From IMG/VR virus record IMGVR_UViG_3300010268_000001: a stretch of DNA of 20,071 nt; one strand, written 5' to 3'. The notes beneath the pieces were generated by a model, which saw only the letters and a list, made by a program, of their open reading frames with translations, did no database searches and was not told the DNA's origin. Made by a program: the position numbers and the translations under genes. The first letter of the stretch is position 1, and every line of letters begins with the position of its first letter. This DNA is from a virus. Shown one piece after another: positions 1 to 6,295 of this stretch.

Positions 1-310
1 CCGTAGGTAATGTTGACGGGTTTGACAGTTTCGTGAATATATCCCCACTCCGTTTGTAGATTGTGATATATGGACTGCTAGCATGAGCCACAGCCAGGTA
101 CGTACCTGTCGGGTCAAATGAGACTCCCCACCCAGTACCCGTTGGTAATGTTGATGGGTTTGGCAGTTTCGTGAATGTGTCACCACTCCGTTTGTAGATT
201 GTGATATATGGACTGCCAGAATGAGCCACGGCCAGGTACGTACCTATTGGGTCAAATGCTACTCCTTGCCCACCACTCGTTGGTAATGTTGATGGGTCTG
301 ACAGTTTCGT
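1..310 (-). repeat. 138-bp (46-codon) in-frame tandem repeat, at least 2.2 copies, continuing past the window edge
   Basis: The anchor cagtttcgt occurs at 26, 164 and 302 (period 138). Units 310-173 and 172-35 differ at 18 of 138 nt (about 87% identical), counted by hand. Confidence 0.95.
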
Positions 311-436
311 CACTACAAATTTAACATAAACAGGGTCATATTTGTTTATCGCCTCGCCAAATCTGACTATTTCTTCTGTTTGCCCAGCTATTTTTAATAT
401 GCCTCCACCACGTCTTGTTATAATTGCTTCTCCCAT
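1..436 (-). CDS. Repetitive beta-propeller (WD40-like) protein, putative fibre-tip adhesin; 3' end runs off the window
   Basis: Not in the ORF track; translated by hand. ATG at 436-434 overlaps the TAA of the upstream gene (TAATG), with SD-like AAGGTGGTGA upstream. It reads open to base 1: MGEAIITRRGGGILKIAGQTEEIVRFGEAINKYDPVYVKFVVTKLSDPSTLPTSGGQGVAFDPIGTYLAVAHSGSPYITIYKRSGDTFTKLPNPSTLPTGTGWGVSFDPTGTYLAVAHASSPYITIYKRSGDIFTKLSNPSTLPT. The motif VxFDPxGxYLAV...ITIY is a typical propeller blade. Confidence 0.9.
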   Translation of the reverse strand, partial: MGEAIITRRGGGILKIAGQTEEIVRFGEAINKYDPVYVKFVVTKLSDPSTLPTSGGQGVAFDPIGTYLAVAHSGSPYITIYKRSGDTFTKLPNPSTLPTGTGWGVSFDPTGTYLAVAHASSPYITIYKRSGDIFTKLSNPSTLPT

Positions 437-1482
437 TATCTCACCACCTTTATTTGAATTGGCAACGAAACTGTTGGTTTTTCTGTTGCATAAAATGTTA
501 TAGAACCGTCGGCTGTTACCGCTCTATAAATATACCCCCATGCTTCAGCTCTTGCTGTATCTGTGGAATATGTGCCGCTCATCACAACATCTATGATAGG
601 AGTATCTGTGGAAAGAATACCGCTAACTGTTACTGTTTTAGTGTATGGGGGAGCAGTGCCTGACCACGTGGTGTCAAGGTTTGCTGTTAGAACAGCATGC
701 TTTACATGACCTGATACTGATATTGTTGCAGATGTGTTTGCATGGATATTAAGGTTTGTTTGTACATAGTTTATTATATCAGAATAATGCTTGCCGTCTA
801 CTAAATCTGCATCTAAGCCGCTGTTACTGCCATCATTTCCTGCGTGCCATACTATATTTGTCTCATTGTTAATATATACTGGGTGATTTGTGCCATAGTT
901 TAAATATAAGGCAGCTGTTGCCTTTCCATCTTCTGTTATACCTTGTATACCTCTTGTTCTTAGTGGATGACTGGCTGCTAAGCCTAACACAGTTATCTTG
1001 TTTGCTGTAATGGCACCGCTTATTATCGTGTCACCGTTTATTGTAGTACTTCCTGCTATTGTCGCATTCCCTGTGATTGATAGTGCTGCGGCCGTTAAAG
1101 CACCCTTTAGGGACGCATTACCAGTATTGTAGTATAGCGTAAGTATGTCATAATAAACATCTTTTATAGTGGTATAGTCACTTTGTATCTTTAGGTTCCC
1201 AGCAGTGCTTAGTATTCTCCAGTTGGCATTAGATGATCTATCGAGCACTATTGCAACGTCCATGCCGGAAGTGTTTTTGATTGTAAATACTGGTAATTCT
1301 TTGGATATTTGTACGTCGCCACTAAAAGATGCATCTCCCCCTACAGACAATCCAGATAAAATGGATATAGACCCAGTGAAATTAACTGGGCCTGCCACAT
1401 TTTGTGTCTCTATGTCTGTTTTAGAAAGAAACGCCGCGTTAAGTACGTCCTTATCTGATATAATATCCCATGAACGAATCAA
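436..1482 (-). CDS. Phage tail fibre protein, 348 aa
   Basis: TTG start with GGAG upstream. Contains beta-spiral-like segments (ITGNATIAGSTTINGD), the fibre motif VWHAGNDG-SGLDADLVDGKH, and a C-terminal domain WSGTAPPYTKTVTVSGI...EKPTVSLPIQIKVVR of the kind seen in Firmicutes phage fibres. Confidence 0.8.
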   Translation of the reverse strand: MIRSWDIISDKDVLNAAFLSKTDIETQNVAGPVNFTGSISILSGLSVGGDASFSGDVQISKELPVFTIKNTSGMDVAIVLDRSSNANWRILSTAGNLKIQSDYTTIKDVYYDILTLYYNTGNASLKGALTAAALSITGNATIAGSTTINGDTIISGAITANKITVLGLAASHPLRTRGIQGITEDGKATAALYLNYGTNHPVYINNETNIVWHAGNDGSNSGLDADLVDGKHYSDIINYVQTNLNIHANTSATISVSGHVKHAVLTANLDTTWSGTAPPYTKTVTVSGILSTDTPIIDVVMSGTYSTDTARAEAWGYIYRAVTADGSITFYATEKPTVSLPIQIKVVR

Positions 1483-1521
1483 GTTGACCAGCTCCTATTT
1501 ATCTAATAATAGCAAGAAGAC

Positions 1522-1546
1522 ACCTACCCTCTATAGGGTGGGGTAG
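1522..1546 (-). terminator. Possible weak intrinsic terminator or RNA hairpin
   Basis: Lies in the only sizeable intergenic gap (1483-1557). Minus strand reads CCCACCCT-ATAG-AGGGTAGG (imperfect stem) followed by TGTCTTCTTGCTATTATT, a poor U-tract. Confidence 0.35.
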
Positions 1547-1557
1547 TTGACGGAACT

Positions 1558-2502
1558 TCATAGCTTCTTTAATACTCCATCAACTTTTATCCATATAGCT
1601 TCTATCTTTCTTAATGAACCGTCTATTTTTACCCATCCGTCACTATATTTCTTTAAAGAGCCGCCAATATTAAAGAATATTGGTAGTCCAAGGTTTAAAA
1701 CTGTTATTCGTGCGTATCCATCTCCTGAATGTCCTACTTCGTTTGCCCCGGAAGGAGATGGAAAAGAGGTGTTTCCCACAAGTGTTGCTGCGTTAGTAAG
1801 ATAATACGACGAGTTTAGCAAGCACCCTGCTGGATAATTTGATGCGGTAGAGCTAGTATAGACGTATCCAGAGCCACCGCCGCCACCGCTATCTGTGCTG
1901 CCACTAGCACCAGAACTTCCACCGTACCATCCGCCGCCTCCGCCACCACCGTTGCCTGTGTTGGAGCTGGCTTGGCCGAATGTTCCAGGTGTGTTATTAG
2001 TTCCACCAGAAGTTTGTGTTCCTCCATATCCTCCTGCATAACTACCGTTACCACCCTGACCTCCTGATGTTCCTCCGCCATAGCCGCCACGCGTATCAGA
2101 GTATCCAGCACCACCGCCGCCGCCAGCTACTATTACTCTTGCGTACAAAGAAGTAGAGTTGATTCTTATATCTGTGCCTCCGCCGCCAGAGCCGCCATAC
2201 TTATTTGTGCTACCGCCACCGTTAAAGCCTCCGGGGTTATTTGGGCCCTTTCCCATGCCGCCAACATAAATATATAAGGTAGTTTGCTGGTTTAGAGTTA
2301 ACGTACCATAAGAATAGCCGCCTTTACCACCATTATCGGGATAAGAACTGCTATAAGCTCCGCCTTGTGCACCCCAGACCTCTAACTTGTATGTGCCGCT
2401 AGGTAAGGCTATGGTTTTATAGGTCCCGCTATATGGACAATTTAATATATCGCCTACGTTTATAGAGCTGGGAATGCCTTGTGTTAAATCATACGTAGCA
2501 AT
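1558..2502 (-). CDS. Glycine-rich-domain (ALK/LTK-type, polyglycine sandwich) receptor-binding or adhesin protein, about 314 aa, probable ATT start
   Basis: The frame of the 232-aa track ORF stays open 82 codons upstream: (I/M)ATYDLTQGIPSSINVGDILNCPYSGTYKTIALPSGTYKLEVWGAQGG...GGKGGYSYGTL...LYIYVGG. It then shows the family motifs RVIVAGGGGG, GGGGGGWYGG, GGGGGSGYV and GHSGDGYARIT. SD GGGGTG lies 7 nt before ATT at 2502, and there is an in-frame TGA three codons upstream of that ATT. Confidence 0.85.
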   Translation of the reverse strand: MATYDLTQGIPSSINVGDILNCPYSGTYKTIALPSGTYKLEVWGAQGGAYSSSYPDNGGKGGYSYGTLTLNQQTTLYIYVGGMGKGPNNPGGFNGGGSTNKYGGSGGGGTDIRINSTSLYARVIVAGGGGGAGYSDTRGGYGGGTSGGQGGNGSYAGGYGGTQTSGGTNNTPGTFGQASSNTGNGGGGGGGWYGGSSGASGSTDSGGGGGSGYVYTSSTASNYPAGCLLNSSYYLTNAATLVGNTSFPSPSGANEVGHSGDGYARITVLNLGLPIFFNIGGSLKKYSDGWVKIDGSLRKIEAIWIKVDGVLKKL

Positions 2503-2520
2503 AGCATATCACCCCAGTTT

Positions 2521-3387
2521 TTAACTATATTTAATCCATATCTCGCCGTTTTGCATTTGAGAAGCGTTGGCATCACTTGTGGATAATATAATATTTCTTA
2601 TTTGCGCGGTAGTATAGCTTGTATTGCTCTGTGCCTTTGTTATACCTGTTAATGTGCCGCCAGTTATCGGCAGGAAGTCAGTGGCGTGCTTGCCGTCAAC
2701 TGTGTCTGCATTGCCTCCATTTATCGTGACATTTATATTAATATCTTCAGAGCCATCGAATACTGCTGAACCAGTCGCATTGCCTGTTATAGCTATGGTT
2801 CTTGGCGTGGAAAGCTTGTCGGCGCTTGTGGCAATATCTGCAGTGTCTGCTCTGTTTGCAGTTATTGCGACATCTGCCATGCTGGCATTTGTGGCAGTAT
2901 CTGCTTTATTGGCCGTTATGGCAAAGTCAGCTGTATTTGCGGTTGTAGCGACATCTGCCTTATTTGCGGTTATGGCGACATCTGCCACACTTGCAGTTGT
3001 TGCAGTGTCTGCTCTTTCAGCAGTTGTGGCAATTTCTGCCCTATTGGCGACATCTGCTCTGTTAGCCGTTATTGCTACATCAGCCATGTCAACAATGCCA
3101 TCGTCATTTGTATCATATGTGCTTTTGTGCATGTCTCCAGCATCTAAAAAGTCTATTATCTTGCCTTGATTTGACCATCCCTCGTCTGTCCATATGTATA
3201 ATTCCCCGTTAATTAAATATGCTGTCCTATCCTCTCCTGTTGCTGGTAACTGCGATTCGTCTATCAGCGAGCTGATAATTCTTACACCGAGTGATCTGTC
3301 AAGTTTCTCAAGCTGTAATTCTATCTTGTTTAAGTTCTCGGCATTGACAGGAGTAACGTTGTCCATCCAGATAGTACGCTTATACAA
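2521..3387 (-). CDS. Phage tail fibre protein with Ala-X-X shaft, 288 aa
   Basis: TTG start with SD GGGGAGGG. N-terminal TPVNAENLNKIE attachment-type motif, GDMHKSTYDTNDDGIVD, (AXX)30, KLSTPRTIAITGNATGSAVFDGSEDINI, NADTVDGKHA, LPITGGTLTG, and a C-terminal NGEIWIKYS. All are common phage fibre motifs. Confidence 0.85.
   Translation of the reverse strand: MYKRTIWMDNVTPVNAENLNKIELQLEKLDRSLGVRIISSLIDESQLPATGEDRTAYLINGELYIWTDEGWSNQGKIIDFLDAGDMHKSTYDTNDDGIVDMADVAITANRADVANRAEIATTAERADTATTASVADVAITANKADVATTANTADFAITANKADTATNASMADVAITANRADTADIATSADKLSTPRTIAITGNATGSAVFDGSEDININVTINGGNADTVDGKHATDFLPITGGTLTGITKAQSNTSYTTAQIRNIILSTSDANASQMQNGEIWIKYS
2815..3084 (-). repeat. 30 consecutive Ala-X-X codon triplets with a loose 27-bp (ADVAITANR/K) higher-order unit
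   Basis: Counted from ADV-AIT-ANR through ATS-ADK in the translation. A(D)(V/F)AITAN(R/K) recurs four times. Confidence 0.9.
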
Positions 3388-3404
3388 GGTATTCCCTCCC
3401 CTAA

Positions 3405-5099
3405 CTAATCGCCAACTCTAAATGTACCGCAAAGTCTTTGTCCGCATCTTACACCCATTTGCGGGCGTTTACGGTATCGCCTACCAGAAGAAGAAACACG
3501 CTGTATACCCTTTGGGTAAAATGGTGCCCCAGACACGTACCAGGCTATTATTTCGTCTTCACTTCTGGCAACGCTATCTATTCTTAGTTCATCAAGCAGC
3601 ATTGGGCTGCCATTGTTTAATACCTCATGAATTGATAGATACATGTCGTATTTGAGACAGTCTGACATACCAGCTGTTTCTGATTCAAGAGTATCATTGA
3701 TGTATATTCTTAGAATATCTCCATCTTTTATAAGCGTTCTCATATACCAGTTGGCATTTTGAATATCGTATGCCCTTGTCCAATAGCTTATTGTCCACTT
3801 ATCTAGTCCTATGACAGGATTCGGGTATATGAGTTTGCCATCGTCGCGTGCTCCTGTTGTATACGACGTAGCATAGGGTTTTTCTTCGAGTTGGAAGTCA
3901 GCAAAATAATAATCTTGTCCCTCATTTAATGCTGCAATATGTAATATGTCGTACTCAGTTATGCCTCTTGTTGTAAATGTATTAACTATCCTTTTCGGAC
4001 ATGTATCTACTGTTTCGAATATTGTCCCATAGCCGCCGCTTGCATCCCAGTGATATATAGCTATTTCTTTACCAGTATCAGTATAGACTGTAAAGCTCCA
4101 AGTGTATGTAGTGCTTGGTTTAAGCGGAATTGCTGCTAGCCTAAGATAAGTACCGCTTAGTTTATTGAACTTAAGCCACTTCTTGCTGTCTATTTCTACA
4201 ACAGAGCAATAGTTTCTATCTTCATGGTGGATTTTTTCTACATCGTAATAGTTTCCTCCAAGACCAATGCATAGATTTGTTGTGCTTTCTTCTACCGCTA
4301 TTGCGCCGCCGTATTTTCCTTCCCACTTTAATAAGGTGTATATACTCTCATTGTAGTGCTCACTTATTTCCTGTTGTGAAAGCGCTCTGTTATAGACTAC
4401 AGCTTTACTTATACTGCCATTAAACCAGCGGCCACGACTTGGTTCCGCCCCAATCCATAGACACTGATGGATAGGATAACCAACGCCGGTACTTTCTTGT
4501 TCGTATTGTAACGTGCCGTTTACATATATCCTTACATAGGAAGAATCCCATACTGCAGCAACATGATTCCAGCTATTAGGGGAAACTATATTATCTGTCG
4601 TAAAGTGATATCCTTCTGGATTTCTGCCGTACCAGTATGTGCCTATGGCGAGATTGCTGTCTATTACCAAATAATACGCGTAGTGTCCTAAGATAATAAT
4701 TGAACTTGATGAGCCGGTGCCGCTTTGTTGCGTACCCGGTTTTATCCATGCTTCAAGGGTAAGTTCTGTGGTTGCGTTTAGTGTAGGGGACTTATCTACA
4801 AGTATGTAATCATTTATGCCATCGAACGATAATCCGAGTCCGTTTCTGCCGTAGGCCCGTGTTGCGCCGTGTATGACGCCATAATTGTTGTGTCTACTGC
4901 TATCGTATATGATGTTCTCGTTTACGTTGTTCATGTCAAAGTACAACATGCAAGAATCATCTGTGTAGGCACCGGTAGGACGTATGCCTGATATGTCTTC
5001 TGCCGATATATCGAAATGATTAAGCTGAACGGTGTTTTCGTCTATTGGAATAACATATTTACTTAGCGGCAGCCTGCTACCTATATGCGATCTACTCAT
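3405..5099 (-). CDS. LamG/concanavalin-A-like plus CBM-like virion adhesion protein, 564 aa
   Basis: ATG with GGAG upstream. A complete LamG domain (YDSSRHNNYG, LSFDGINDY, TLEAWIKP, WNHVAAVWD, IYVNG, FNGSI, YNRALSQQEI) is present, together with AVEESTTNL...QLEEKPYATSY and DELRID motifs. Confidence 0.85.
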   Translation of the reverse strand: MSRSHIGSRLPLSKYVIPIDENTVQLNHFDISAEDISGIRPTGAYTDDSCMLYFDMNNVNENIIYDSSRHNNYGVIHGATRAYGRNGLGLSFDGINDYILVDKSPTLNATTELTLEAWIKPGTQQSGTGSSSSIIILGHYAYYLVIDSNLAIGTYWYGRNPEGYHFTTDNIVSPNSWNHVAAVWDSSYVRIYVNGTLQYEQESTGVGYPIHQCLWIGAEPSRGRWFNGSISKAVVYNRALSQQEISEHYNESIYTLLKWEGKYGGAIAVEESTTNLCIGLGGNYYDVEKIHHEDRNYCSVVEIDSKKWLKFNKLSGTYLRLAAIPLKPSTTYTWSFTVYTDTGKEIAIYHWDASGGYGTIFETVDTCPKRIVNTFTTRGITEYDILHIAALNEGQDYYFADFQLEEKPYATSYTTGARDDGKLIYPNPVIGLDKWTISYWTRAYDIQNANWYMRTLIKDGDILRIYINDTLESETAGMSDCLKYDMYLSIHEVLNNGSPMLLDELRIDSVARSEDEIIAWYVSGAPFYPKGIQRVSSSGRRYRKRPQMGVRCGQRLCGTFRVGD

Positions 5100-5113
5100 T
5101 ACCGCATCAGCTC

Positions 5114-6247
5114 CTAAATAGATATAGATGTTGTATCAATTGGATCATGAAATGGTGCTCTTGCTATATACCATCTTTCTATTTCTTTATGCGTCCGTGC
5201 TATTTTGTCTATCCGTAACTCATCAAATGTGGAGTTTGCAGGACGTATCCCAGCTCCGCCACATCCTATCCATATATTCCCGAGTGAATCCACTTGAGAA
5301 GTTGGCTTTGATGATTCGGCTGTATATAAGATTGAATCGTTGTACAGATATAGCCTTTGCTTTACAGCAGAGCTATTGTCCCAAGTGTATACAATGTAAT
5401 ACCACACATATGTTTCAAATTCATTATTGATTATGAGGTCGTTGATATATATTGAGCTTGCATTAATACATAATTGATGCGATTCGTCTGATATGCGAAT
5501 GAGTATAGGGTCGTTTGTGCTTGGTTGTGCGAGCGTATGTGGTCTTAGCCAGAATGATATTGTTCCGCTTTCTTGATTAATTATATGTGCCGGGTATACA
5601 AGGCTGGGTTCATCTCTTGTGTCATGTACGTACGATGTTGCAAAGTTCTTTTTCTCAAGTTGTATATCGGTTATAATGACGCCGAACGGACTATTGTCCC
5701 CAATAAATCCTACGCCGCACGTAGTTATATCATATTCTGAAGTAAGACCTGTTTTTATGCATAGATACCAACCGTTATTAAGTGATATAAAATCAACTCC
5801 TGGCAGGCTCTTACCACCCCAGTGATATCCTATCCTTTGTTCGATGTTGCCGGGAGACATCATCTTCGCCTTAAAACTAAGCGTATATTGTTCGCCCGGC
5901 TCAATAGCTACTTCCTTTCTTATACATGCCCATGATGGAAGTGCATTTGTTCCTGTTTTGCGAACAATGTATAGCTTGTTATTACCAGGGTTGTATTCTG
6001 ATACGCTTACGTCCCCGGCCACAAAGCTTGTGTTAGGTTCTATTAGATTTGTTGTACTTTCCTCTATAGCTACTCCACAGCCGAATAGCCCGTCTTGTCT
6101 TATAGTGACAACGGACTTACCTGTCGGCTTTGTTCCTCTCGTAGAGTACATATGGTTGTCGAAGTGCCATATGCCGCATGTATTCTCATCGGCTAAAGTT
6201 ATCTGTTCTCTGATAGACAGAAGGGATCTGTTATGGGCCTTGCTCAT
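5114..6247 (-). CDS. LamG-like plus CBM-like virion adhesion protein, about 377 aa
   Basis: Start moved to ATG 6247 (SD GGAGGAG; MSKAH parallels MSRSH of the paralog). Motifs WHFD, GVAIEESTTNL, YTLSFKAK, QLEKKNFATSY, GTISFW, WYYIVYTWD, DELRID. Confidence 0.85.
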   Translation of the reverse strand: MSKAHNRSLLSIREQITLADENTCGIWHFDNHMYSTRGTKPTGKSVVTIRQDGLFGCGVAIEESTTNLIEPNTSFVAGDVSVSEYNPGNNKLYIVRKTGTNALPSWACIRKEVAIEPGEQYTLSFKAKMMSPGNIEQRIGYHWGGKSLPGVDFISLNNGWYLCIKTGLTSEYDITTCGVGFIGDNSPFGVIITDIQLEKKNFATSYVHDTRDEPSLVYPAHIINQESGTISFWLRPHTLAQPSTNDPILIRISDESHQLCINASSIYINDLIINNEFETYVWYYIVYTWDNSSAVKQRLYLYNDSILYTAESSKPTSQVDSLGNIWIGCGGAGIRPANSTFDELRIDKIARTHKEIERWYIARAPFHDPIDTTSISI

Positions 6248-6295
6248 CAGTACTCCTCCTGAAATTATACCATATCTTTGCAATTATTTCAAGCC

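Noticed and set aside
1-310. The 138-bp repeats as a CRISPR array or a DGR template/variable repeat pair
   Set aside because: The repeats are contiguous, in-frame and spacer-free. Several differences are synonymous C/T or T/G changes, so an adenine-only pattern is not shown, and no reverse transcriptase is in the window. A DGR elsewhere in the genome is not excluded.
2254-2256. ATG 2256 as the start of the glycine-rich gene
   Set aside because: It would drop the conserved LEVWGAQGG and YVGG strands and leave about 260 bp unexplained.
6248-6283. The track's start at 6283 for the 389-aa ORF
   Set aside because: The extra 12 codons contain the GGAGGAG SD for ATG 6247, whose N-terminus matches the paralogs.
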